IMG/VR virus record: IMGVR_UViG_3300028197_001558
Span: 1,276 to 65,275 of that record
From: a virus
Lineage: Duplodnaviria > Caudoviricetes
Strand: one strand, 5' to 3'
Length of the DNA: 64,000 nt
Shown here: positions 11,278 through 23,127 of the stretch, one piece after another
How the letters are laid out: each line of letters opens with the position of its first letter
How positions within the stretch are numbered: position 1 is the first letter of the stretch
The notes under the pieces: model-generated
Told to the model about the DNA's origin: nothing
The model's input: the letters and a program-made list of their open reading frames with translations, nothing else
Database searches by the model: none
Program-made: the position numbers and the translations under genes

Positions 11278-13064
11278 TTAGAAGATATTACGCCAAGAAA
11301 GACAATACAGTATCAAATGCTTTCCTAGAGAACTTGACAACCAGAGCAACTGGATCTAACATGGGAGCCTCAGATATACTGGAGGTATTCTCGATTTATG
11401 GCCAAGCTTCTGCCACTTCGTCGGAACTCGCAAGATCTTTAATTGAATTTAGCATAACAGAAGTATCATCTTCTCGAGAAACAGGAAAAATACCGGCTTC
11501 AGGATCTGTATCGTTTTATCTCAAAATGTTCAACGCTCCTCATTCGCAAACAGTTCCCTCAGAATTTGATCTTGAAGTGTCAGCTATATCAAGAACATGG
11601 GAAGAAGGTTATGGAATTGACATGGATTATTACGAGGACATAACTCGAGATGGTATAGGGTCAAGCTGGATTAACGCCAAAGAACGAACACCATCCACCG
11701 CAAATTTAGCAGTCACTACCGCCATAACACTAACATCTGTTGCCAAAGGTAGAACAAGAAACACAAACACATTTCAAACTGTTGTAAATGCTCCCGCTGC
11801 GAATGCTGGCGAGGCTGTATTGGTTTCGTTCACTGGTACATCTACTGCGGTGGTATGTACAGTCACTCCGGACGATGCCATTTTGACTCTTACATCGCAA
11901 GAGCTTGTTGAGCTTATTAATAACGGATCCGTATCGGGCAAGACTGTCACAGTTACTGACACCTCAAGTCTTAGAGCGCTACAGACCGCCACAGGTGGTT
12001 CCACTGCTAATTTAGCCCAAGCTACCACCACTGCCACATTTACTGGAGCAGTAGGTCAATGGTTGACAGAAGGTGGAGATTATCTTACTGATACCAGCTC
12101 TTCTTTCACTGCTTCATTCCCAACCGGACTTGAAGATATGGAGCTTGACGTAACAACTCTAGTAGAACAGTGGATCAATACCGATGGAAATGTTCTTGGG
12201 TCCAAAGACAACTATGGCTTCGGAATTAAACTCCCAGACGCAACCGAAACAGCAGCTCGCTCATTTTACACAAAAAAATTCTTTGGAAGAGATTCAGAGT
12301 TCTTTTTTCAACGTCCCGTGCTTGAAGCACGATGGGATAGTGCGAGAAAGGACGATAGAGGCTATTTCTACGCATCCTCGTCGCTTGTTAGTGCGACGGA
12401 CAACCTAAACGCTTTGTACCTCTACAATCGCGTTAGAGGACGTCTGAGAGACTATCCTGTAATGCCAACAAGCGCAAGTCTTAGACTTAACTCAACAGAT
12501 GCCGTTGGAAGCAATTTAGTTGCCGCAGCGGTTAGCAAGGTTTCAACCGGTATTTATAAAGCTGATATAGCACTTGATACAACAGCTTCAGTGGTATATG
12601 ACATATGGTATAGCGGCTCTGTCGCTTATCGTACAGGGTCGGTATCTGTCAAGTCTTTTAATTCTTATGGTTACAATCCGGAAGATGTATATGTTCTTTC
12701 GATGCCAAGTCTCCGAGACGAATATAAAAAAGACCAGACCCACAGGCTTAACTTATATGTCCGAGAAAAAAACTGGTCTCCAAACATTTACACTCAAGCG
12801 GTGAAGACGGCTATACCAAGCTTGATAATTCCAAGCGCCTCATTCCAACTCAGAAGAGCAATTGACGACTACGTTGTTGTTTCTTACGGAACAGGTTCCA
12901 ACATGCACACAGGATTGTCTTATGACGTCTCTGGAAACTACTTTGATTTAGACACAACTTATCTGGAAGCGGGATATTTATATGATATACAATACTCGTT
13001 TTACGATGAGGAAAACGGCTGGGAAGAACAGCCTTATAGGTTTAAATTCAGAGTGGTAGATTAA
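11274..13064 (+). CDS. Baseplate/tail structural protein
   Basis: ATGA-coupled to gp6-like gene; beta-rich with Thr/Ala-rich central segment. Confidence 0.55.
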   Translation: MIRRYYAKKDNTVSNAFLENLTTRATGSNMGASDILEVFSIYGQASATSSELARSLIEFSITEVSSSRETGKIPASGSVSFYLKMFNAPHSQTVPSEFDLEVSAISRTWEEGYGIDMDYYEDITRDGIGSSWINAKERTPSTANLAVTTAITLTSVAKGRTRNTNTFQTVVNAPAANAGEAVLVSFTGTSTAVVCTVTPDDAILTLTSQELVELINNGSVSGKTVTVTDTSSLRALQTATGGSTANLAQATTTATFTGAVGQWLTEGGDYLTDTSSSFTASFPTGLEDMELDVTTLVEQWINTDGNVLGSKDNYGFGIKLPDATETAARSFYTKKFFGRDSEFFFQRPVLEARWDSARKDDRGYFYASSSLVSATDNLNALYLYNRVRGRLRDYPVMPTSASLRLNSTDAVGSNLVAAAVSKVSTGIYKADIALDTTASVVYDIWYSGSVAYRTGSVSVKSFNSYGYNPEDVYVLSMPSLRDEYKKDQTHRLNLYVREKNWSPNIYTQAVKTAIPSLIIPSASFQLRRAIDDYVVVSYGTGSNMHTGLSYDVSGNYFDLDTTYLEAGYLYDIQYSFYDEENGWEEQPYRFKFRVVD

Positions 13065-16000
13065 TGAGCATTAAAGATTTATTTAACAGCAAAGGTTCTC
13101 CAAAAATTCAAAAGAGCGTAACGACTGAGGAATTAGTCGATCAAGTCGAGTCTTCTGATTTTGTCGAGGCAAAAAGAACGCAATTTGACGAGTTTGTCCC
13201 CCCGATTGACTTTTCAACTGCCACTAACTTCGCAAAGTTTGGTTCCGCCGAGCTTTATTATGAAAAATCTTTTGAAAGAATTTATCAATATTATCCTTAT
13301 GATGGAACGCTTCATGAGAAAATTGAGTTCGAAAACTCCTCGTCCTACTTGGATAAGTATGTTTTTGATTATTTGTATCCTCGAACTAACGGATATTTGA
13401 ACTTTAATTCATCATCATACATTTCTGTGTTCGGTGGTCCACATACAGCATCTGCTGGTATGGCCGGCAAGCCTTTGGACTCTACATTTGACTTGTCAAT
13501 GAAATATGACGAAGAAAAAAAGAGAACGAGCGCCTTTGAATTCCGCGGAGAAGACGGTATTACTGCCGAGTTTTGGTATAAAAAGAATCCATCCACTTCC
13601 TTTCAAAGAACTATTTTTCACATATCTGGTACTGCTGGAGACATTGAAGTAAGATCAAACAGCGCCGAGACTTCACTAAGTCTGATTGTCAAATCTGGAT
13701 CCGCTCAGATCAATCCAACTTTCGCATTTATTACCGATACAAACTGGAACCATTATGCAGTAACTCTCCTCTCATCTTCTGCCGGCCTTACAACAAAGGG
13801 CTATAAGAATGGCCAAGAAGTTAGTCAAGTGACGTCCGCTAAGAATATACCAAGTCTCTTGCCGACAACCGATGCTATGAATATGAGAATTGGTCGTCGC
13901 TTTGACGACGATCATAAGTTAAGCGGATCTTTGGATGAGTTTAGATTCTGGAAAACCGCGAGAACATCGGAAGATATTTTTAACACTTGGTTTATACCCG
14001 TTGGTGGTGGAACAAATAACTTTGAATCCAACATAGCACTGAGCTGTTATTTCAAGTTCAACGAAGGCATAACTGGAAACTCAGCTTTAGACTCACAAGT
14101 GTTAGATTATTCCGGAAGAATTAACAACGGAACGATTGAGAACTTTACAACAGACTTGCGAGAAACTGGATCAGCTATAACTGAGAAACTATCTGAACCA
14201 GAATTTAAAGATCCTATCATATACTCTTCTCATCCTGACGTCGTTGCGAAAAAGCTAGAATACAAGACTTCCGGCTCTTTGGCAGACTTGGAAAGCACAT
14301 CGATGTTTAACAACTACTTTCCGGGCTGGATGCAAGAAGAAGACGAGCAGAACGGAAACCAGATGAAGCACTTGTCTCAAGTATTGGGTTCTTATTTTGA
14401 CACTCTCTGGCATCAAATTGATTTTGTAAACAGAGTCCACGATCAACAATACGTCAGCGGATCAAACAAAGCACTGCCTTTTGCCAAGAAACTTCTTTAC
14501 GATCAAGGATTTGTAATTCCAGATTTGTTCGTGGACGCAACAAAAATTGAAAACTTGCGACAAAAAGACGACAATGAAGTGTTCGAGAAAGAAATCAACG
14601 AAGTTCGAAACACAATTTATCACAATATTTACAACAACTTAGACGGAATATACAAGACTAAGGGAACTGAAAAGTCTTTTCGCAACTTCTTTAGGTCTAT
14701 AGGTATAGGTCAAGACGTAGTAAAGCTGAAGATGTACGCAGACGACTCTACGTTTGTGCTAAGAGACAACTATGAATACAAATCATATGAAAGAAAGTTT
14801 GTAGACTTCAACATTGCCGGCCATTTCGACGCTACAATATATCAAACATCTTCTGCGAATAATTCTAATATATACATTCCCGGTGACAGTAACTTCACAG
14901 GATCGTTTACTGTACAATCAGAAGTACTTCTTCCCAGAAAGCAGAGAAAAAATGAACCAAACTACAACCCATACCCTTACTTATCTTCGTCTATATTCGG
15001 ATATCACTCGGGACAGAGTTACACCCACCCATCACCAGACTATGGACTACAAGCGTATGTCGTACATTCAACTTTAGAGTCTAATCTAAGTCCGGATGAC
15101 GAGCAAAGAGTAAAATTTGTTTTAACCGGTTCTGGTGTAAATTTAGAGTCAGATTGGTACTGGGGAGAGTACGAAAACAACAAGTGGTCTTTGGCCATTC
15201 GTGTAAAAGATGCATCTTATCCGAACCCTAATACGACCGGAAGCGCTGCAAACGACTATTTAATAGAGTTCTACGGAGTTGAAGCTGACGGGGACACGGA
15301 GAGAAATTCTTTCTTGTTGGCAACATCTAGCGTAGCGCACTCATATTTCTCCTCCGATAAAATATTCTATGCCGGATCTCACAAAACAAACTTTACTGGG
15401 TCAACTCTCCAATATACAGACGTAAAGCTAGGCTACTTGAGATACTGGCATAGTTATTTGTCAGACAACGCAGTTAAGCAGCACGCTTTTGATTCAGAGA
15501 CTTTCGGAACAAATGAGCCATTTGAACAAGATCTCTATGACACATATCCTGTCGAGATCCCTAGAGAGAAGACTCTAGGGTTTCATTGGGCATTTAACGA
15601 CCTGACGAGCTCAAATGCTTCCGGTGAGTTCTTAGTAACTGACTTATCCTCAGGATCTGCAGCAAATAATTATGGCTCACTGTCTCCTACGATAGAAAAG
15701 TATGTTGCAGGGCAAGCAGTAGGCTTTACAGCGTCTAGTTCAAAGGTTCTAGACAAGAACTACTTGTATTCTGCTAGAAAGCGCCTGCCGGATGATTTAA
15801 TGTCCTCAGACCTCACTACAATTAAGAGTGAAGAGACCGAACAATTCTTCGTAGATGAAGATGTCTCTGATAACTTTTACTCGTTTGAGAAGTCAATGTG
15901 GGGAGCAATCTCAGATGAGATGATGAATATGTTCTCGACCGCATTGGACATCAACAACCTCATTGGACAGTCTAATCAGAAGTATCATCACAAGTACGGA

Positions 16001-18880
16001 ATGGCAGAATTTCTAAGAGACAGATTCTTTGATGATGTCGAGAACGAACCAGACATAGAAAAATTTACATCTTTTTACAAGTGGATTGATGACTCAATTT
16101 CAATTGCTTTACAACAACTAACGCCAGCTTCAGCTCGATTCTCAGAGAAGATCAACAATGTGATCGAGAGTCATGTGCTAGAGAGAAACAAGTACGTTCA
16201 CCAAATTCCAATTTTGACAAACTTTGAATCAACCGAAGGGTCGATAAAGGGTATTTCGGAGATGAAATACGATTGGCAATTCGGACATGCCCCAACAAAC
16301 CCTAGCGATGAATCAAATCATGTTTTGTGGCAAAGAGATAGGAAACAAAAAGAAGGGTTCCGAGAGAATATAAGAAACAGTCGAAACAACAAATCAATCC
16401 AGTCATCTGGATTAATAAGAAGGGAAATTGATGGAGCAACAAGAATAAGCGATACTTATGCCATAAGAAGTTTTGCAAAGATCTACGACGTATCAATCGT
16501 GTCTCAACCAACAATCCATGGCGGGACTAACTTTGCAAGAAGGAAGAATATGCAATTATTCAACCAGTCAATCGCCCCCGCTGGTGCCATAGGGTCTCCA
16601 TCAGGCGCCCCTCAAAACATAATAACCATTGGTGTAGGCACTGGTACGGACATTCACCCATTGTCACGAGGAATTTACAATAAGGATGAGACTCCATATA
16701 AAAGAAAGATCCAAGTAGACGCTAAGGTTGGAAATTTATTTGGTCAAGAATACGGTCATAATGTTTTTGGGGAAACAATTCTCCCGATTAACATAATGTC
16801 TGGAACAGTAAATTCAGGATTCAACAGTGTCGTGAGCCGTTCGTATAGCTCAGATGTCTATTTCACTAATTTGCATCATGATATTGTTGGCAACTATAAT
16901 GAAACACCAATACAGGGCCCCTTCACAGAACAACATGTTGGAGGTTTACAGTATAGACATACTGATTTAAATCAATACGATTCCAACACTGATAAAGTAG
17001 ACTCTAGAGAAGACAGACCCGAAGGTTGGGGGTTGGTTTTTAAAGATCACCCGTCTCAAGCTGACGGTGACGGATCATTCGGATTCATCGGTGCTGATTA
17101 TAATTCGACATACCCAAGCCCTCATAAACTAAAGGCTACAAGGTACAGAGATGAGACTGCAAAGAGACCTGTTAATCTTAGAAATATCAAGACAGTGTCT
17201 GGTTCATGGAAAGTCGGGAACTATAAAAATGAACTAGAAATATTTCAAACTTCCCCAACGTTTCAAAAGACTTGGACGGTTGAAGCCAGCAATGATCCAA
17301 ATATTGATATCTTGCCTCCATCCACCTCGACCTCTCTTCCGCTTACTACTCATTATCAAACTCTTGTTACCCGCGCACCATTAGCAGTAGGCAATGTTTT
17401 TGGTCAAATGAACAATAACCGACAAGTGGATTCTACAGGACTCGAGGTCCAATCTCTAGCTATAAACGCAGCAACAACAAGTGAAAATTATAGAATGGCC
17501 TCCTCAACAGCAATCGCGGGATACTCTGGCTTTGCCACTGGTGGTAAAACAATATCATTCTGGATCAACCTAGATAATGCCAACCTTGCTGCCCGCTACA
17601 TTGCACGAGGCCAAAATGCAACTTCTGCTGCGGAATCATTTTCTATATTTTTCACATATTCTGGAACCCAAGCAAGGTTATTCTATAGAGTTAGAGGCCC
17701 AGGTGGAACAAGGGCTTGGCGTTGGGACATTGATTATAGTGACTATGTTGGAATCTGGAATCATCTAGCAATCGCATGGGATGGAAACACTACAAATGCT
17801 CCAAAACTTTACAGAAATGGATCTCCCACAATCGGAACTGTACAGTCAGGACCTACTGGTGTAACTACAATTTACGTCCCAGAAAGAATTTATCTTTTTG
17901 ATGATGGCACTAGTAATAGTTCGAACTATGAATTGCAAGGATCTTTACAAGATTTTGGCGTTTATTCTGGAGAACTCAGTACATCATCTATCCTCCAAAT
18001 CTACAACTCGGGCGTCGTACTCGATATTCCTTATTTATCTGGGAATCTTTATGACTATTGGAAACTAGGCAATGCAAACCCTGATATTACATTTGGAGCC
18101 ACCGTTGTCAATGGCACCATCTTCTCTTCTTCGTATGGTTCCCAAAATGCGCTAACGTCATCTGAAGGATTAGCTGTTGTGGCTGGAAATAATACTCTCA
18201 CAAGGAGAACTACTCCAACTAACATTGATCCTGCCCTATACAACACTATAACAATCCCCAGAACTGACCTTACAGGATCACAAAGAAACATTATAACAAG
18301 ATTCTCAGCCCCCGGCGGCCCTGAGATTCAATCGATAGGATATTTGGATGCCTACACACAAACCCATACTGTTCATAATGCCATGCCTTTCCGTAACCTG
18401 TCTGTATTGGGCTCTGGAAGCGGCGAAGAGGGTACCATAAGGGTAGAAGACCATCTTGGACTTAGACGAGGTTTGAGGACCCTTAGAGGGCTTCATATGG
18501 GGCAATTTGGTATTGACTCTCAATACGGCGAGATCACATCTGGTGATTATCCATCAAGTGGTTCTTTCAATAAGCAGTTCGGAAATGTATCAAATTTATA
18601 TCAATGGAATTCTTCAACCGATATTACAGCCTCTCTTTCAGAAAGTAACCTAATTACTGGTAGTAATTATGACAATGCTTTTATTAACACGCCAATACCA
18701 AGAAGTGAACTTCAGTACTCGTGGATCCACAATGCGACCTCCGGAGCAGCTGGAGCTACGTATGGCGCACCAGTCCAAAGAATTTTGGGCTATGCTCCAA
18801 GAGACGGAATCATTTCTTCGTCAGCTGGTTATGTTGAAGCAATTGTCTTTCCAAGCGCATCAAGTATTTTCGGGAGCTAA
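13064..18880 (+). CDS. Large baseplate/tail protein with two LamG (concanavalin A-like) domains
   Basis: WNHYAVT...SGSLDEFRFWKTART and WNHLAIAWDG...QGSLQDFGVY LamG motifs; IYKTKGTEKS resembles a gp7-like wedge motif. Confidence 0.7.
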   Translation: MSIKDLFNSKGSPKIQKSVTTEELVDQVESSDFVEAKRTQFDEFVPPIDFSTATNFAKFGSAELYYEKSFERIYQYYPYDGTLHEKIEFENSSSYLDKYVFDYLYPRTNGYLNFNSSSYISVFGGPHTASAGMAGKPLDSTFDLSMKYDEEKKRTSAFEFRGEDGITAEFWYKKNPSTSFQRTIFHISGTAGDIEVRSNSAETSLSLIVKSGSAQINPTFAFITDTNWNHYAVTLLSSSAGLTTKGYKNGQEVSQVTSAKNIPSLLPTTDAMNMRIGRRFDDDHKLSGSLDEFRFWKTARTSEDIFNTWFIPVGGGTNNFESNIALSCYFKFNEGITGNSALDSQVLDYSGRINNGTIENFTTDLRETGSAITEKLSEPEFKDPIIYSSHPDVVAKKLEYKTSGSLADLESTSMFNNYFPGWMQEEDEQNGNQMKHLSQVLGSYFDTLWHQIDFVNRVHDQQYVSGSNKALPFAKKLLYDQGFVIPDLFVDATKIENLRQKDDNEVFEKEINEVRNTIYHNIYNNLDGIYKTKGTEKSFRNFFRSIGIGQDVVKLKMYADDSTFVLRDNYEYKSYERKFVDFNIAGHFDATIYQTSSANNSNIYIPGDSNFTGSFTVQSEVLLPRKQRKNEPNYNPYPYLSSSIFGYHSGQSYTHPSPDYGLQAYVVHSTLESNLSPDDEQRVKFVLTGSGVNLESDWYWGEYENNKWSLAIRVKDASYPNPNTTGSAANDYLIEFYGVEADGDTERNSFLLATSSVAHSYFSSDKIFYAGSHKTNFTGSTLQYTDVKLGYLRYWHSYLSDNAVKQHAFDSETFGTNEPFEQDLYDTYPVEIPREKTLGFHWAFNDLTSSNASGEFLVTDLSSGSAANNYGSLSPTIEKYVAGQAVGFTASSSKVLDKNYLYSARKRLPDDLMSSDLTTIKSEETEQFFVDEDVSDNFYSFEKSMWGAISDEMMNMFSTALDINNLIGQSNQKYHHKYGMAEFLRDRFFDDVENEPDIEKFTSFYKWIDDSISIALQQLTPASARFSEKINNVIESHVLERNKYVHQIPILTNFESTEGSIKGISEMKYDWQFGHAPTNPSDESNHVLWQRDRKQKEGFRENIRNSRNNKSIQSSGLIRREIDGATRISDTYAIRSFAKIYDVSIVSQPTIHGGTNFARRKNMQLFNQSIAPAGAIGSPSGAPQNIITIGVGTGTDIHPLSRGIYNKDETPYKRKIQVDAKVGNLFGQEYGHNVFGETILPINIMSGTVNSGFNSVVSRSYSSDVYFTNLHHDIVGNYNETPIQGPFTEQHVGGLQYRHTDLNQYDSNTDKVDSREDRPEGWGLVFKDHPSQADGDGSFGFIGADYNSTYPSPHKLKATRYRDETAKRPVNLRNIKTVSGSWKVGNYKNELEIFQTSPTFQKTWTVEASNDPNIDILPPSTSTSLPLTTHYQTLVTRAPLAVGNVFGQMNNNRQVDSTGLEVQSLAINAATTSENYRMASSTAIAGYSGFATGGKTISFWINLDNANLAARYIARGQNATSAAESFSIFFTYSGTQARLFYRVRGPGGTRAWRWDIDYSDYVGIWNHLAIAWDGNTTNAPKLYRNGSPTIGTVQSGPTGVTTIYVPERIYLFDDGTSNSSNYELQGSLQDFGVYSGELSTSSILQIYNSGVVLDIPYLSGNLYDYWKLGNANPDITFGATVVNGTIFSSSYGSQNALTSSEGLAVVAGNNTLTRRTTPTNIDPALYNTITIPRTDLTGSQRNIITRFSAPGGPEIQSIGYLDAYTQTHTVHNAMPFRNLSVLGSGSGEEGTIRVEDHLGLRRGLRTLRGLHMGQFGIDSQYGEITSGDYPSSGSFNKQFGNVSNLYQWNSSTDITASLSESNLITGSNYDNAFINTPIPRSELQYSWIHNATSGAAGATYGAPVQRILGYAPRDGIISSSAGYVEAIVFPSASSIFGS

Positions 18881-18882
18881 TA

Positions 18883-21800
18883 ATGCCAACATTTGTTGAT
18901 TATGCAGGAATGAACACGCTAGTGTCCAGTTCCATAGAAGGGAACACCATATCATCCGGTAGAAACACGGAAGTTTTCTCAAGCGGAATTCCTGTCGTAG
19001 ATGAGTTAGTTGGAATAAACATTCATCGCAACGGCCCTTATGGGTACTCGTCATGGAAGCAATTGAGAGTATCAGAAAATCCTGTGACAAGAAACCATGT
19101 CGCCAATAGTACAATGACATTTGTTGTTGAACCCGGCCCGGTTATGAACCTAGGTCAAAACGGAGAACTACGAATTAGAAGCCGCTACTCTGCACTTTAC
19201 AACTACACAGAGCCGGCTATAGCACAAAAATCTTATCCACTAGTATGGAACGTCGGCCGACACTTCAAAGATGAAGATGGACAACTAGCTCCGGATCCAC
19301 AGAAGTTCTCAATTGTCTCATCTTACGGCAACCAACAGATTGGTTTCGCAAACGAGAAGGTCGATAAGCTTTTAAAGTTCGACCCCGACGAAGAACAGAC
19401 CGAATACGTAGCGATAGCAGACATGTATCTCGAGAACGGCTTAAACAAACAAGATTCACCTTTAACTTATTGGGAATTCTTACAATACCGAGAGACTGTT
19501 TATCCTCATATGAAAAACCAATTTCAAAATGAAAACTTGGAAAGACCAACATTCGAGAGTTTCTTTAGGCACAACAGAGCAGATAGAAACAAAACCTTAG
19601 GCAGTCTAGGTCCACCATATCCGTTTGGATTTGATCCAACACTTGGCTTAAAGAAGCAGAGCTCATGGACCATCGACGTGGGTGATGAATTTTTGACTTT
19701 TTCCGACAAAGGAAATATATCCCCCACTGTCGCCAACGACAGACCGACAGGGATTTTACTAAGTCGCAACACGACTTTTATTGACACAATGACGGCTTAC
19801 AATGGAAATTTAAATAGTTCAAACCCAGCCCTTGTTGAAAACGGCGCAACATTCACTAGTAAAGTCTTAGCGCCCTATCCAATATATAGTCGAAGAATAT
19901 CTCTATCAAACTCTGCGTCCGTATCTAGCCCATCCGGTATGGAAATATATGGAACAGCTAGTTCATTGATATTGTTTGAAGGTGGAGCTCTTTGGGAAAC
20001 TGGTCCAAAGCGATATATTAAAGACACCAACGGAAGCTACATATCTGCTCCAAAATTGCCGTTCTACGACACATATGAAGACTATATCGAAGAAGCAAGA
20101 AGAAGGCACAAGAACTTCTCTGTCGTTCCTGAATTCAGAATGAGCACACAAGTCGAAGACTATCGCAGAACAAACAATGCAATCGAGCTAGACATGTTCG
20201 ACGTGACAGGCGGAGTATCCGGAACCACTAATTCATCAGATGACAATTTTTACGAGATCTACTCAAACTCGGACTTCATGAGAAACTTTGAAGTGATTGA
20301 CGACGACCACAAAGATTTCACAAACGGAAAGGTATTGTCCCTCCGCTGTAAAGCAGTCAAAAAGTTCCTTCCATACGAAGGATTTTACCCAGCACAACGA
20401 ACAGTTGATTTGACAAAACAGTTTTACGACTCTTTCAAGGATAACATCAAGCTTTATAATGCGAACAACGTTGAGCTGAATGGTTTTAATTATGGACGAC
20501 AAATGGTTATGACACCTTTGTTTGCGCCTGGTGTGCTATTCAATACCATCAAATCCGGTGTTGCTGTTGACTATCCAATTATTACTGGTAGCCTTTCAAC
20601 AGTAGAGTTGAACAATGAATATTATATTGAAGCAGACAATTTTGATAAGAGAATTCCATTCGAAGCACTCATCGAGCCCCACAGACATTTGGCAGGCTTT
20701 GATTTAACATCAAACGAACCTCATCCAAGCGGTAATCTTTCTGCATCTGCAAACTGGGATGGCGGTGGAGATGGGCTATATGGGTTGATGATCAATAACT
20801 TCCTCGCTGAAGTTCCTGAGTTTTTCCTACCTAACGGAGAATTAACGTCTGTTGTTTCAAAAAAACAAGGAGACATAACTTTAATATCAGGCTCTGTATA
20901 TGGAATGAGAGTGAGAATGGGAAGATCCATGGACAAGACAAGGGGATCCGTTTATCACTCAGGCGCAGCTGGTCTTCCTTATTACCCACCTCAAGACGTT
21001 GGATCTGGTTCATTTGCTCATGAAAACTTCACAATGTATTCAAGACCATCTGCTTTTGGTCCTCCAACATACGGCTTTAATTCTTTGGCCGGTAAATCAT
21101 TGACGCAATATAACCAAGCAACCGCAGAATTCCATGGATTCTATTTAAATGATAGAGCTGAACTTGATTTACAAGGCGGATTCAATACCGCATTTTTTAA
21201 ATTGGATTCTCTGTATGGATACAATTTTCCTTTCACTCCTCCATATTACCATGGTGAAGCATGGTGCGACATAACAATAACAGCATCATCAGACAAAATG
21301 ACAATATCAGAAATTCAAGAAAAAGCAGAATACAACTTTACAAGATTCGATAGTAGTTTTTTCAACATAACCAGTAGCTCAGGGTCATTCGGCTCGACCG
21401 ATCTTACTCCTTTCGGGCCACAATCATGGGGCAACATAGATTCAAACGCTGTTCAACTTTCAGCATCGTTGAATCTTAAAGGCATTGGGCGTACAAAAGA
21501 CACTATTCGAAGATCTCGGGATCAAGCACTTGTTGTCGACACTGCTTTGGACGAATCAGATCGCTGGATTATACAAACAAAATTCGAAACACCAATGTTA
21601 AACTTTGCTCATGTATCTGGAAGTGACCATTTGACCCTTCCTGATTATGGTTCTGGATCCGTCCCTAGAGGGATGTGGCATCAACACGGAAGAATACCAG
21701 AGGAGAACGAAGGGGTGTTCTTAGAAGTTGGACCAATTTCTAGAAACTATCACATCCAAGCAAGGGGAAATACCGAAGCTGCTGCTGATAAGTTACAAGA

Positions 21801-23127
21801 TCTTTCAGAAGCTTTGGGCTTCGCTGGTACATCTACCAAGATTGGACGCATAGCCTCGAGCAAAAAGATTTCCGAATGCGTCGTAGCAGTCCCATTCATC
21901 GAAAAAGAAGGTGGGAAGAAGTTTTTCCGCTTAGCATTAAGCGACGATCAACTCACACAATATAAGTCGGGCGACAAACAACCATTAATAACAGGACCAG
22001 CTCAATCCCAAATCGGACGTTCGGTCTTGCTTCAACTCGACAAAATGGAGAAGTTTGTGTTTCCACCGTCGTTTGACTTCTTGAGATTCCCTGACGTAGA
22101 ACCAGTAGCAATGTACGCTTTTGAATTCTCACACACGCTATCTCAACAAGATCTATCAGACATTTGGCAGAACTTACCACCAGATATCGGCACAACAATG
22201 GAAGTGTCAGAACTTGCCATTACACACCCTCTCTTGCAAAAAGAGCTCTTGGGACAAGGCGGAGAAGAAGGAAATCAAACCATAGATATGCCTGAAAGAT
22301 TGAAGTGGATGGTGTTCAAGGTTAAGCAGAGAGCCGCCACAAGTTACTTTAAGAAGACTGTTTTAAGGAACCCCGAGGTCAATACCGATGTGAATGATTC
22401 AAACGTCACCAAAGACGAATTTGGGGACACTAGCCCTATTCAATATAACTGGCCTTATGACTTCTTCTCCTTAGTAGAACTAGTTAAGATTGATGCTGAA
22501 GTTGAATTAGGAAACATTGATTTTACAAATTATACTGACACCCTACCAAACTGGAATGCCGTCGAAGCAGATAGAGAAAAGATTGTTAATATAGTCGGAG
22601 GCCTTGAGAATGACCCAATTGCTGAGGTCCAAATTCCGGAGTTTACTCCTGAAGAAATAGTGAATATTGCAGAAGACTTCCAGAGAAACTTGGAGATTCA
22701 AGCCAGTGCTGGTCAAACTCTCGTACAAGGGTCGATGATGGCCGGCCAAATCCAGCAGGACATCCTAGACACCACCGCGCAACAAGTCGGCGGGGAACTA
22801 TCTCAAGTGAGAGATATGGAAATGTCTTTCAATATGGGTGTTGACTTTGGATCGTTTGATAACTTTATGAATTCGGTCCCTGCAAATGCTGTTTTACAAG
22901 CCGGCATTCCCATGGATCAATTTCAAAACATAGCAAGCACAGCAGCCAGTCAGGCTAATCAATATCAAGTAGCAGTTGCTCAATTTGGTGTTGGGTCTAC
23001 ACCTGCAAATGCGGCACAAGCTCAACTGCAGACGACACTACAACCATTACAAGGAACCGCACTTGGAACTAATTTAGCTAACAATTTAGGGCTAAATATG
23101 AATAGTCTTTTTGGGGGATCTAATTAA
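18883..23127 (+). CDS. Large virion structural protein (1414 aa) with Q/A-rich C-terminal extension
   Basis: Long ORF within the baseplate operon; recurring SGS motifs as in neighbours. Confidence 0.55.
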   Translation: MPTFVDYAGMNTLVSSSIEGNTISSGRNTEVFSSGIPVVDELVGINIHRNGPYGYSSWKQLRVSENPVTRNHVANSTMTFVVEPGPVMNLGQNGELRIRSRYSALYNYTEPAIAQKSYPLVWNVGRHFKDEDGQLAPDPQKFSIVSSYGNQQIGFANEKVDKLLKFDPDEEQTEYVAIADMYLENGLNKQDSPLTYWEFLQYRETVYPHMKNQFQNENLERPTFESFFRHNRADRNKTLGSLGPPYPFGFDPTLGLKKQSSWTIDVGDEFLTFSDKGNISPTVANDRPTGILLSRNTTFIDTMTAYNGNLNSSNPALVENGATFTSKVLAPYPIYSRRISLSNSASVSSPSGMEIYGTASSLILFEGGALWETGPKRYIKDTNGSYISAPKLPFYDTYEDYIEEARRRHKNFSVVPEFRMSTQVEDYRRTNNAIELDMFDVTGGVSGTTNSSDDNFYEIYSNSDFMRNFEVIDDDHKDFTNGKVLSLRCKAVKKFLPYEGFYPAQRTVDLTKQFYDSFKDNIKLYNANNVELNGFNYGRQMVMTPLFAPGVLFNTIKSGVAVDYPIITGSLSTVELNNEYYIEADNFDKRIPFEALIEPHRHLAGFDLTSNEPHPSGNLSASANWDGGGDGLYGLMINNFLAEVPEFFLPNGELTSVVSKKQGDITLISGSVYGMRVRMGRSMDKTRGSVYHSGAAGLPYYPPQDVGSGSFAHENFTMYSRPSAFGPPTYGFNSLAGKSLTQYNQATAEFHGFYLNDRAELDLQGGFNTAFFKLDSLYGYNFPFTPPYYHGEAWCDITITASSDKMTISEIQEKAEYNFTRFDSSFFNITSSSGSFGSTDLTPFGPQSWGNIDSNAVQLSASLNLKGIGRTKDTIRRSRDQALVVDTALDESDRWIIQTKFETPMLNFAHVSGSDHLTLPDYGSGSVPRGMWHQHGRIPEENEGVFLEVGPISRNYHIQARGNTEAAADKLQDLSEALGFAGTSTKIGRIASSKKISECVVAVPFIEKEGGKKFFRLALSDDQLTQYKSGDKQPLITGPAQSQIGRSVLLQLDKMEKFVFPPSFDFLRFPDVEPVAMYAFEFSHTLSQQDLSDIWQNLPPDIGTTMEVSELAITHPLLQKELLGQGGEEGNQTIDMPERLKWMVFKVKQRAATSYFKKTVLRNPEVNTDVNDSNVTKDEFGDTSPIQYNWPYDFFSLVELVKIDAEVELGNIDFTNYTDTLPNWNAVEADREKIVNIVGGLENDPIAEVQIPEFTPEEIVNIAEDFQRNLEIQASAGQTLVQGSMMAGQIQQDILDTTAQQVGGELSQVRDMEMSFNMGVDFGSFDNFMNSVPANAVLQAGIPMDQFQNIASTAASQANQYQVAVAQFGVGSTPANAAQAQLQTTLQPLQGTALGTNLANNLGLNMNSLFGGSN

